NCBI GenBank assembly: GCA_035655435.1
Contig: DASRUN010000017.1
Coordinates: 1 to 46,781, forward strand
Reading direction: 5' to 3'
From: an archaeon
GTDB lineage: Archaea; Iainarchaeota; Iainarchaeia; Iainarchaeales; Iainarchaeaceae
DNA length: 46,781 nt
In this document: in pieces, positions 24,179 through 32,731 of the stretch
Position numbering within the stretch: position 1 is the first letter of the stretch
Layout of the letters: each line of letters begins with the position of its first letter
Translations under genes and position numbers: made by a program
The notes under the pieces: generated by a model
Seen by the model: only the letters and a program-made list of their open reading frames with translations
Told to the model about the DNA's origin: nothing
Database searches by the model: none

Positions 24179-24883
24179 TTAATCTGTTTTCTTTCTAATT
24201 GTGAGAGTTCTAAAAGCCAGTAGCCCGCCAATTTGCCATTCAATGTTCTTATATTTACCGAGGAATTTTCCCAATTCAGATTCAATTGCGTAATCCATTA
24301 TTATTATCACGCTTGCTAATCCGCCCGGCTTTAGTATTTCTATTACATTAGAGATTGCTTTTTTTGGTGGAAACAAGGGCGTATGATACACTCCACCAAA
24401 GGTTGATTCTACTAAATGGAAGCTGTTTCTGCCAAATGTTTTTGCCAATTCTTCCGGCACTGCAACTACGTCTGGTTTGTGTGCTTTTTGAATGTCTGTT
24501 GTGACTATTTGCATTTTTACTTTACCTTGTAATTTTCTTTCAAGATCTCTTTTGAACGTGCTTTGTCCTACACCCTCGTTCAATATTCTTATTGTTTCCC
24601 CAGGAAACCGTTTTGACAATCCAATAATTTCATTGACAAAATCTTTTTGATGATGGAAATTAATGTCGTGAAGGTTCCTGTCAGGAGCCACATATTCCAG
24701 AGGTTTGCTTCCCTCAAAACTTTGCTTTCTTTTTTCTATTATTTTTTTTTCTTTAGTTGACAACCTTAATCTTCTTTGTGTTCCAAGGCTTCGAATTACA
24801 CCGGACAGTCTTCCAAGCATATCTAAAGCAATAAAGTCGTTGAAGCTATTTAAGCATTTCCAAGTAATGTGATTGTCACTCAA
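24179..24883 (-). CDS. probable class I SAM-dependent methyltransferase (start uncertain)
   Basis: The segments IRILNEGVGQSTF (motif I-like) and LKPGGLASVIII (post-II/III-like) give weak, motif-level support only. Confidence 0.4.
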   Translation of the reverse strand: MSDNHITWKCLNSFNDFIALDMLGRLSGVIRSLGTQRRLRLSTKEKKIIEKRKQSFEGSKPLEYVAPDRNLHDINFHHQKDFVNEIIGLSKRFPGETIRILNEGVGQSTFKRDLERKLQGKVKMQIVTTDIQKAHKPDVVAVPEELAKTFGRNSFHLVESTFGGVYHTPLFPPKKAISNVIEILKPGGLASVIIIMDYAIESELGKFLGKYKNIEWQIGGLLAFRTLTIRKKTD

Positions 24884-24952
24884 ATTCTAAAGGACAACTC
24901 ATCCTCAAGAAAGCATTTAAAAAGATTTACAATTCCAATCATTAGTGATTTT

Positions 24953-25240
24953 ATGAAAGTTTCAGAATTGAAAGCAAGAGCTCCTGTACCGGAAATAGAA
25001 CTTGAAATCGTTTCCAAGGGAGAAATAAGGAAATGGGCATCCGACAGCGGAGAAGGAACTGTTTGCAATTGTGCAGGAAAAGACAAGACAGGGGAAGTAA
25101 GTGTTTCCCTTTGGAATGCGGATTGCGATAAAGTGGAAGAGGGAGACAAAATTAAGATTACAAACGGTTGGGTAAACGAATACAGGGGACAATTGCAGCT
25201 TTCAGCGGGAAAAAAAGGCTCGCTTGAAGTGCTGAAATAA
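24953..25240 (+). CDS. single OB-fold nucleic-acid-binding protein (small SSB/RPA-like)
   Basis: This is ORF 24869..25240 trimmed to MKVSELKARAPV.... The sequence ...GKDKTGEVSVSLWNADCDKVEEGDKIKITNGWVNEYRGQLQLSAGKKGSLEVL is the typical OB pattern. Confidence 0.6.
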   Translation: MKVSELKARAPVPEIELEIVSKGEIRKWASDSGEGTVCNCAGKDKTGEVSVSLWNADCDKVEEGDKIKITNGWVNEYRGQLQLSAGKKGSLEVLK

Positions 25241-25411
25241 AGAGCTAATTTTTCGAAAACAAACCCTTTATATAGAACTTCAACAGCAATTAATACAGGA
25301 TTGGATTAACCAGCAAATAACTATTTTCTATCGCATAAAACGGGAAACACACCTGTTTGTGGGGTTTGTTGGCATCCGCTTTCCAAAAATAATTCATAGG
25401 GGGAAATACAA

Positions 25412-25780
25412 GTGCAGGAAAGAAGGAATAACAAAAGATTTGGACCTATCCCGGTTAAAGAGGGAGACACCTACGAAGTAGAAATAGAAGGCATTGGCGA
25501 AAAAGGCGACGGAATAGCCAGAGTTAATGGTTATGTAATAATCGTTCCAAACGTCCAAAAAGGCGATAATGTCAAAGTAAAAGTCAACGCGGTCAGAGGA
25601 AAAGTAAGCTTTGGAGAAGTATTAGAAAAAACCGAAAAAGCTTCCGGCAAAGCAAAGAAAAAAGGCAAAGAAGAACCAGCAGAAGAATCGGAAGAAGATT
25701 CAATGGACGAATCTAACGATGACGCGGAAGACGACACGGATGACGAAGATTTTGATGATGAAGAAGAAAAGGAGGAGTAA
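25412..25780 (+). CDS. TRAM-domain protein with a polyacidic C-terminal tail
   Basis: GDTYEVEIEGIGEKGDGIARVNGYVIIVPNVQKGDNVKVKVNAVRGKVSFGEVLE is the TRAM fold signature. The tail is EEPAEESEEDSMDESNDDAEDDTDDEDFDDEEEKEE. A GTG start follows AGGGGG. Confidence 0.75.
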   Translation: MQERRNNKRFGPIPVKEGDTYEVEIEGIGEKGDGIARVNGYVIIVPNVQKGDNVKVKVNAVRGKVSFGEVLEKTEKASGKAKKKGKEEPAEESEEDSMDESNDDAEDDTDDEDFDDEEEKEE

Positions 25781-25783
25781 AAC

Positions 25784-25975
25784 ATGGCTAGTTTGAACGA
25801 ATTGTTGGGAGTAGACTCGAGCGAAGAACTCAGGTTAAAACTCTTGAAAGAAGAACTTAAACTCAGGAAAAAACAGCCTGAAGCATGGACAAAAACAAAG
25901 TACAGGCCGTACGCAAATTTTAGAACAAAAAAGAAAGAAGACGTGCCAATAGCAACAGTCCAGGCAAAAGCATAA
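25784..25975 (+). CDS. small hypothetical basic protein
   Basis: 63 aa, immediately downstream of the TRAM gene. I recognise no family. Confidence 0.35.
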   Translation: MASLNELLGVDSSEELRLKLLKEELKLRKKQPEAWTKTKYRPYANFRTKKKEDVPIATVQAKA

Positions 25976-26081
25976 AATTAAAATTATGGCAGACCACAAG
26001 AGTTTTCGGCATTTGCTACTGGGTCTGCCAGATAGCAAACCACGAAAATTCGCCGAATTACTTTACTGGTTTGCTATAAAC

Positions 26082-26103
26082 GGGGATTTCAATTGAAATC
26101 CTC
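26082..26103. terminator. palindromic hairpin between convergent genes, flanked by T-runs on both strands
   Basis: The sequence is GGGGATTTCAATTGAAATCCTC. It is followed by CTTCTTTTTT on the plus strand and GTTTTTTG on the minus strand. Confidence 0.45.
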
Positions 26104-26117
26104 AAAAAACTTCTTTT

Positions 26118-26726
26118 TTAGTAACGCAAACCTAAAAGTGCGCGATCTTTTGAAAGAGCGGCTTTTATTCTCGAAATTCTACTTTTTACAGTGCCTATTG
26201 GAACTTTAAACTGAGAACTCAATTCCTTTTGTACATTTATAGGATCAATCAAACGCAGATCGAAATAAGCATGAGCAAAAGGAACAAGTTTCGGACTTAC
26301 TCTTTTCTCGATTGCCCTATTTAAAGTTTTCAAAAATTCATGAGTAATAAGCTGAGAGTCCGGCGCAGTTGCAGGAGGTTTTCTCGCAGAATCAAGTTTA
26401 AATGCATCAATATGTGGTTGCGTCCTCTTAGTACTACGAACAAAATTTATGAAGTTGTTTTGCCACATTAATGCAGTGCGCTTGATAATATCAGTTTTTG
26501 TTGCTCCGTTTGGAAATTCTTCACCCAACTTCTCAATTTCTCGGTTTAGTCGCTCTCTAAGCCCTTCCTCAATAACATCAACAGTAATGCCCAATTTTTT
26601 TGCTTCAGGGTGTTTAACAAAATAGGCAGCTAGACCGGGAATTCTTCCCATAGCATATTCGTATATTTCCCACTGATCTTTTAGATGAACCGGCTTTTTT
26701 CCTCGTTTTCTTACAGGTTTCAACAT
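26118..26726 (-). CDS. sigma-70/ECF-like protein (region 4 HTH, possible region 2)
   Basis: The C-terminal FDLRLIDPINVQKELSSQFKVPIGTVKSRISRIKAAL matches the sigma-70 region 4.2 pattern (R.v..L......s..EIA..l.i..GTVKSRl.RA...L). TALMWQNNFINFVRSTKR resembles the region 2.4 WL..IA.N...d..R motif. Confidence 0.5.
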   Translation of the reverse strand: MLKPVRKRGKKPVHLKDQWEIYEYAMGRIPGLAAYFVKHPEAKKLGITVDVIEEGLRERLNREIEKLGEEFPNGATKTDIIKRTALMWQNNFINFVRSTKRTQPHIDAFKLDSARKPPATAPDSQLITHEFLKTLNRAIEKRVSPKLVPFAHAYFDLRLIDPINVQKELSSQFKVPIGTVKSRISRIKAALSKDRALLGLRY

Positions 26727-26839
26727 TAAGGAAAGTATAAACTCCTTCGATTATAAATTTTTCTAAGGAAGTTTTAACGATGAAACTCGAGAATGTTTCT
26801 TTTTTATAATAAAACCACACAACTCTATTAGGGATACTC

Positions 26840-29800
26840 ATGAGCTTGGGAGACAGCCTTAGAAAGGCAATGGAAAAACTCAGGAACAGTTCTTCCATTG
26901 ACAAGGAAACCGTAAAAGAGGCGGTAAAACAAATTCAAAGAGCACTCATTGCGGGAGACGTTGAAATAACTCTCGTAATGAAAATCAGCAAAGAAATAGA
27001 AGAAGAAGCATTCAAAGATTTGCCAAAAGGAATCAACAGAAAAGAACACATAATCAAAATCACTCATGATAAATTAGCCGGAATACTTGGAGGAAAAACC
27101 AAGGTTCCTGAAAAACCGGGAAAAATTTTATTAGTCGGATTATTCGGAAGCGGAAAATGTGTCCACCCTGAAACTATGATCCCAATGCCCGACGGGAAAA
27201 TAACAACAATAAAAGAAATTTACGATAATAATCCGGAAACAGCGTTTACACTTGAAGACGGATATGTAAAGGAACTCGCAAAGCCGTTAGAAGTATTTTC
27301 GTTGGATCCGGTAAGCATGAAAAATACTAAAGGGAAGGTCACGCACATATGGAAACTGAAAAAAGACAAGCCATTGTATAAAATAACTCTTGACAACGGA
27401 AATAACCACCAGGTTACTGTTACACAAGAACACCCTTTTTTTGTACTTGAACACGGAGAAATACACAAGACAAGAGCCGATGAAATTAAAATCGGACAAT
27501 ACATAGCCACACCGAAAAAACTACGAAATACGCATTGCCAAAATGATATCTCTGCCGAGGTCATGAGCATTCTTCTTCCGAATTGGATAATAGTCAACCA
27601 AAATCTTGCAAATCAAGCAAAGAAGATGCTTATTGAAAAATACGGGACTTTAAAAAATGCATTTTCATCGTTTGGAGAGAACTATTCATATATTACTTTT
27701 GTCGCGAACCTAAAAGCCGGAGAATTAAGAGTCAGTACACTAAGAAAACTTGAAAAACTTGAATTTAAATATGAATCTGAAGAGGAGATAACGGTAAAGC
27801 GTTCTGGGAGTGCGGCGAGAAAAGTAAAAATCCCAACACAAATAAACCCTGAGCTCGGGGAGTTTTTGGGTTATGTTTGCGCGGATGGACACATGAGAAA
27901 ACAATATCTAGAGATAGTTAACGAAGATGATGATATAATTAATAGAATAGAAACAATCGGAAAAAATATCTTCGGAATAAATCCAATTACAAAACCGGAC
28001 AACAGGACAGTTGCACTAAGAGATATCAGGTTTTGTTCAGTAATTTTAGCAGAGGTTTTCAACAGGCTTTTTTACATACCATATAACAAAAAAAGCGACA
28101 AAATCAGGGTTCCGAAACAGGTACTTCTTGCTGACGAGCCGACTAGAAAATCTTTCCTTCAGGCATATTTCGACTGTGACGGGTATACGAGAGATGGAAC
28201 GAGAAGTATAGAGTTTTCTACTGCAAGCAGATTCATGGGGGAAGAAATCAGAATAATGCTTTCTGCGTTTGGTTTTGTCCCGGGTTATAGCAGAAAAATT
28301 ATCAACAACAAGACACATTACCGTATTTTCGTAAAATCCAAGGACGTGGAAAAGTTTTACATTAAAATAGGCTCGCGAATAAGATTCAAACATGAAAGAT
28401 TGAGTAAAAGCATTGAAATTGGAAGAGGACAGACTTTTGGAAAGCAAGAAATGTTGCATGTGGGAAAAAAGCTAAAACATTATAGAGAATATATGGGGGC
28501 TACAATTGGAGAAATACAAAAACATGTTCCGTCTTATGGCACATACGAATCAGAAGGGTTGATTTCAAGAAATTCGCTCAGGAAATTCATTAAAGCCATT
28601 AAGACTACAAAAAACAAAAACAACTCGATTCTAAAAGCTACCTTAAACGGCGCCAACTTGAATGAAATCAATAAATTGGTCAATGAGCCACATACCTGGA
28701 CAAACGCGGTGGTTCATAGGCTGTGCCAACAGGACTACTTGGCGTATTCAAATAAGTATTTACAGATAACAGAAAAAGGAAGGAAACTGCTGGAAAAAAA
28801 TGCGGCGTTTGATGAATCCATAGTTCTGCAACTTGAAAAACTTGCAGAATCGGAAATATCCTGGATCAAAGTGAAAAAAATGGAGTTAGTAAACAATGCG
28901 GATTTTGTCTACGACCTTACAGTGGAAAATTATCATAATTTTGTTGCAAACCACACAATAGTGCACAACACCACAACAACAGGAAAACTTGCAAAATGGT
29001 ATTCAAAACGCGGACTCAAAGTAGGAGTAATCGCCGCAGATGTTTACAGACCGGCTGCGTATAAGCAATTGAAAACATTGGCTGAAAATGCAAAGGTCGA
29101 ATTCTATGGAAACGAAAAAGAAAAAAATTCTGTGAAAATAATTAACGAAGGATTAAAAAAACTGGAAAAAAGCGATCTAATTATTTGTGATTCAGCGGGA
29201 AGAAGCGCGCTGGATGAAGAACTTACAAAAGAAATTCGCGCAATAGACAAAGCATTCGGCGCAAAAGAAAAATGGTTAGTAATAGGAGCGGATGTAGGAC
29301 AAGTTGCAAAAAAACAAGCGAACGCATTCCACGAAAGCATTGGAGTTAATGGAGTAATAATAACAAAAATGGATGGATCAGCAAAAGGAGGAGGGGCATT
29401 AACGGCGTGCAACCAAACCGGGGCAAAAGTATACTTTATCGGAACAGGAGAAAAAATAGATGAAATACAGGAATTTGATGCAACCAGATATTTGAGCAGA
29501 GTAATGGGATATGGAGATCTTGAAGCCTTACTTGAAAAAGCAAAAGAAATTCAGGAAGAACAAGGATTCGATGCCGAAGAAATGATGAAAGGAGATTTTA
29601 ATTTAGAAGCATTTTATCAACAAATGAAAGCAACAAGAAAAATAGGAACAATGGACAAAGTAATGGACATGATGGGTTTGAAAACTCAAGTGCCAAAAGA
29701 ATTCGCGCAAATGGGAGAAGAGAAACTCAACAAATACGGTTATTTAATTGATTCAATGACAATGGAAGAAAAAATTGATCCGGAATTAATGAATTCAAGC

Positions 29801-29998
29801 AGAATAGCGAGAATAGCAAAGGGATCGGGAACAACACAGGAAGAAGTAAGGGAACTTTTGAAAAATTATAAAAAAATGAAAAAAATGTTCAAACAATTCA
29901 AAGGACTGGATGAAAAACAATTACAAGACGGAAAAGGAGTTAACATGCAAAAACTCCAGAAAATGTTTGCAAAGAAAAAAAAATTCAAAATAAGATGA
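26840..29998 (+). CDS. srp54: signal recognition particle protein SRP54, interrupted in-frame by an intein
   Basis: It has an N domain, a split P-loop (GLFGSGK / TTTTGKLA), DSAGR, TKMDGSAKGG and a Met-rich M domain (MDKVMDMMGLK). It is 1052 aa in total and 448 aa after removing the intein. Confidence 0.9.
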   Translation: MSLGDSLRKAMEKLRNSSSIDKETVKEAVKQIQRALIAGDVEITLVMKISKEIEEEAFKDLPKGINRKEHIIKITHDKLAGILGGKTKVPEKPGKILLVGLFGSGKCVHPETMIPMPDGKITTIKEIYDNNPETAFTLEDGYVKELAKPLEVFSLDPVSMKNTKGKVTHIWKLKKDKPLYKITLDNGNNHQVTVTQEHPFFVLEHGEIHKTRADEIKIGQYIATPKKLRNTHCQNDISAEVMSILLPNWIIVNQNLANQAKKMLIEKYGTLKNAFSSFGENYSYITFVANLKAGELRVSTLRKLEKLEFKYESEEEITVKRSGSAARKVKIPTQINPELGEFLGYVCADGHMRKQYLEIVNEDDDIINRIETIGKNIFGINPITKPDNRTVALRDIRFCSVILAEVFNRLFYIPYNKKSDKIRVPKQVLLADEPTRKSFLQAYFDCDGYTRDGTRSIEFSTASRFMGEEIRIMLSAFGFVPGYSRKIINNKTHYRIFVKSKDVEKFYIKIGSRIRFKHERLSKSIEIGRGQTFGKQEMLHVGKKLKHYREYMGATIGEIQKHVPSYGTYESEGLISRNSLRKFIKAIKTTKNKNNSILKATLNGANLNEINKLVNEPHTWTNAVVHRLCQQDYLAYSNKYLQITEKGRKLLEKNAAFDESIVLQLEKLAESEISWIKVKKMELVNNADFVYDLTVENYHNFVANHTIVHNTTTTGKLAKWYSKRGLKVGVIAADVYRPAAYKQLKTLAENAKVEFYGNEKEKNSVKIINEGLKKLEKSDLIICDSAGRSALDEELTKEIRAIDKAFGAKEKWLVIGADVGQVAKKQANAFHESIGVNGVIITKMDGSAKGGGALTACNQTGAKVYFIGTGEKIDEIQEFDATRYLSRVMGYGDLEALLEKAKEIQEEQGFDAEEMMKGDFNLEAFYQQMKATRKIGTMDKVMDMMGLKTQVPKEFAQMGEEKLNKYGYLIDSMTMEEKIDPELMNSSRIARIAKGSGTTQEEVRELLKNYKKMKKMFKQFKGLDEKQLQDGKGVNMQKLQKMFAKKKKFKIR
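27158..28969 (+). mobile_element. SRP54 intein (604 aa) with a LAGLIDADG homing-endonuclease domain, inserted in the Walker A P-loop
   Basis: It starts at Cys1 (CVHPETMIPMPDG). Block B is VTVTQEHPFF. The LAGLIDADG motifs are LGYVCADGHM and LQAYFDCDGYT. Blocks F and G are VYDLTVENYHNFVANHTIVHN, followed by Thr at +1. Confidence 0.85.
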
Positions 29999-30002
29999 TA
30001 AT

Positions 30003-30824
30003 ATGGAATTGCTTATTTTTCGAGAAATAGCGGTAATGGCGGCATCATTCATTGCCGGTTATACTGATTTGAAAACCGGTTACATTTACGATTGGATAAC
30101 ATATCCGTTAATTGCATTTGGATTGATTGTGAATATTTTTGAACAAGAATACACGGGAATAATTTTAGGAGCAATAGTTTTTGCTGTTGGGTATGTGCTT
30201 TACTATACAGGAAAATTGGGAGGAGGGGATGTAAAACTTTACACCGGAATTGGACTTGCTCTTCCATTTTTTGCAAATGGAGTTTTTGTGCTAAGCGTAA
30301 TAATTTTATCCGCGCTCGCAGCACTAGTATTTTTGAGCGTTTACTATCTTTCAAAATATTTCCGCAAAGGAATAAATGTTGAATACAATAAAAATGGAAT
30401 AAAAAAAGCAGCGCTGCTTGGAATTGTAATTATTCTGTATCTTTTTTTTCTTAATTCAACACAACTTGTTTCAGAGGCTTTCATAATTGCAATAGGAGTT
30501 CCTTTGCTGCTTGGAATTGTGTTCCTTGCATTTGAACGCGGAATTAGAAAAGAATTTTTTCTCAAAAAAATAAAATTAAGTGAAATGGAAGAAGATGAAT
30601 TGGTTGCATTTGATTTTATGGAGGAACAGGAACTCAAAAAATTCCCCAATAAATTCAAAGGAATAATAGGAAAGGAAGAAGCGGAAGAACTCAAAAAAAA
30701 CGGGGTAAAGGAACTTCTTGTTTATAGAGATTTGCCGAGATTTGGGATCTTTATTTTTGTTGGAGTAATCCTGACAATTTTGTTTCCCGAAATAACACTG
30801 TTTTTCGGGGGCGGATTTTTATGA
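30003..30824 (+). CDS. A24-family prepilin/preflagellin peptidase
   Basis: It is polytopic. The two catalytic Asp motifs are AGYTDLKTGYIYDW and GGGDVKLY. It has an extra C-terminal soluble segment plus a TM helix. Confidence 0.75.
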   Translation: MELLIFREIAVMAASFIAGYTDLKTGYIYDWITYPLIAFGLIVNIFEQEYTGIILGAIVFAVGYVLYYTGKLGGGDVKLYTGIGLALPFFANGVFVLSVIILSALAALVFLSVYYLSKYFRKGINVEYNKNGIKKAALLGIVIILYLFFLNSTQLVSEAFIIAIGVPLLLGIVFLAFERGIRKEFFLKKIKLSEMEEDELVAFDFMEEQELKKFPNKFKGIIGKEEAEELKKNGVKELLVYRDLPRFGIFIFVGVILTILFPEITLFFGGGFL

Positions 30825-31852
30825 ACAAATTCATGAAAATGGCTCTCGAGGTTGCGGAAAAAGGAAGAGGGAAAACAGAGCCTAATCCCCTTGTTGGAGC
30901 GGTTATTGTAAAGGAAGAAAAGGTTATTGCAACCGGATTTCACGCACAATATGGGGGAAAGCACGCCGAAGAAGACGCAATAAAGAAAGCCGGCAGAAAA
31001 GCGAAAGGAGCAGACCTATATGTGACTCTGGAGCCGTGTAATCACTATGGAAAGCGCCCTCCATGCACAAAAACCATACTAAAATCAGGGGTAAAAAGAG
31101 TCTTTATTGCAATGAGAGATCCGAATAAAGGTTCTCTTAATGGAGCGGCGGAACTCAAAAAAAACGGAGTAAAAGTAATAACCGGAATAATGGAAAAAGA
31201 AGCAAAAAAACAGAATAACTTCTACATAACTGGGCTTGGCTCTGAGTTGCAAATAAGCATGAAAATCGCACTCACGGAGAAAGGTTTTATCACATGGGGA
31301 AATGGAAAAAGAAAAATTGTTTCAGGGAAAAACGCGTTTGAATTTACGCAAAAATTGCGGGAGAAAAGCGATGCGATTATAGTGGGAATTAACACCGTTA
31401 TCAAAGATGATCCAAAGCTTTCTGTTCGTGGAAACCCGAATAAGAATCCTGTGAGGGTTGTGCTTGACTCAAAACTTAGGATTCCTAAAAATGCAAAAAT
31501 ATTCTCCGAAAAAGGGGAAACAATAATTTTTTGCACGAACAAAGCTCCGCGAAAAAAAATCACGGAAATTTCAAAAAAAGCAATTGTAATAATTGCCGGG
31601 AAAAAAATAAACATTTACGAAATTGTACACGAACTTTACATGCTTGGATTGCGGAAAATACTTGTAGAACCTGGACAAAGAATTGCAACAAGCTTTTTGG
31701 AAAAAAAATTGTTTGACAAATTATATTTGATTGTATCCCAAAAGAAAATCAAAAAAGGAGTTGTGGGGTTCGGGTTAAAAAAGAAAGTAAGCGTTAAATT
31801 AGTGTCAACAAAAAAACTTGGAAAAGACACTTTAATGGTTTTGGAGAGATAA
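30821..31852 (+). CDS. ribD: bifunctional riboflavin biosynthesis protein RibD (deaminase + reductase), bacterial-type fusion
   Basis: The deaminase zinc motifs are HAEEDAI and PCNHYGKRPPC. The C-terminal RibD_C-like region is IIVGINTVIKDDPKLSVRG...NPVRVVLDSKLRIP. Confidence 0.8.
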   Translation: MNKFMKMALEVAEKGRGKTEPNPLVGAVIVKEEKVIATGFHAQYGGKHAEEDAIKKAGRKAKGADLYVTLEPCNHYGKRPPCTKTILKSGVKRVFIAMRDPNKGSLNGAAELKKNGVKVITGIMEKEAKKQNNFYITGLGSELQISMKIALTEKGFITWGNGKRKIVSGKNAFEFTQKLREKSDAIIVGINTVIKDDPKLSVRGNPNKNPVRVVLDSKLRIPKNAKIFSEKGETIIFCTNKAPRKKITEISKKAIVIIAGKKINIYEIVHELYMLGLRKILVEPGQRIATSFLEKKLFDKLYLIVSQKKIKKGVVGFGLKKKVSVKLVSTKKLGKDTLMVLER

Positions 31853-31855
31853 AAA

Positions 31856-32731
31856 ATGAAAATAGCAGTAACAGGCGCAAACGGAATGGTCGGAGCACTT
31901 CTGGTTAAAAAACTCAAAGAAAAAAAATTTGAAGTAATGGAACTTACACGCGCGAATTGTGATATTACAAATAAAGAAATGACAAAAAAAGCAATTAAAG
32001 GAGCTGATGTTGTTGTACACTGCGCGGCACAATTGGATGAAGATGCCGCGGACATGGAAGAAATCAACGTAAGAGGAACGGAAAATGTTCTTGAAGCTGC
32101 TTCAGCTGCAGGAGCAAAACAATTTGTTTTTTTGAGCAGCATAGCGGCATTTGGAAATACGCTTGGAATAAAGGATGAACAAACAAAACCAAATCCTGAA
32201 ACAAGGTATGAGAAAACAAAATGGGAAGCGGAAAAAAAAGTAATGGAATACCAGGAAGTTTTTCCGATAACAATATTCAGGCCAGCAATAATTGTTGGAA
32301 ATAATTATTATTGGAAAAAAATAATCAAAGTAATAGGAAAAGATTTTCCGCTTATTGGAGATGGAAAAAATAAGTGGCAGCTTGTTTGTTTAGAAGATGT
32401 GGTTGATGCAATAGTGTTCTCAATAAACAACGAAGACTGCTATGGAGAAATATTCATAATTGCGGAAAAAGAAGGAATGACATTGCGAGAGCTTGCAGAG
32501 TTCATAAGAAGCGAACTTGGAATGAAAAAACCTTTGAAAACAATTCCATTCTGGCTTGGTTCAGCAATAGCATTCATTAATGGATTTGTAAAAATAATTC
32601 CGTTGCTCAATCCTGCGTATTTGAAAAGAATGGCGCGCGATAGAAGATATTCAACAAAGAAATTGCAAAAAACAGGTTTTACACCAAAACTTTCGGGCAA
32701 AGAAGGATTGGAAAAAATTATTCACTTATAA
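31856..32731 (+). CDS. NAD-dependent epimerase/dehydratase family protein
   Basis: It has the Rossmann motif MKIAVTGANGMVGALL and the catalytic YxxxK (YEKTKWEAEK). Confidence 0.75.
   Translation: MKIAVTGANGMVGALLVKKLKEKKFEVMELTRANCDITNKEMTKKAIKGADVVVHCAAQLDEDAADMEEINVRGTENVLEAASAAGAKQFVFLSSIAAFGNTLGIKDEQTKPNPETRYEKTKWEAEKKVMEYQEVFPITIFRPAIIVGNNYYWKKIIKVIGKDFPLIGDGKNKWQLVCLEDVVDAIVFSINNEDCYGEIFIIAEKEGMTLRELAEFIRSELGMKKPLKTIPFWLGSAIAFINGFVKIIPLLNPAYLKRMARDRRYSTKKLQKTGFTPKLSGKEGLEKIIHL

Noticed and set aside
27220-28459. Minus-strand ORFs inside the SRP54 intein (27220..27597, 27287..27499, 27871..28062, 28046..28459)
   Set aside because: They are antisense to a continuous Hint + LAGLIDADG reading frame. 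I also considered a free-standing homing endonuclease gene. I rejected that because the endonuclease motifs are in frame with both splice junctions.
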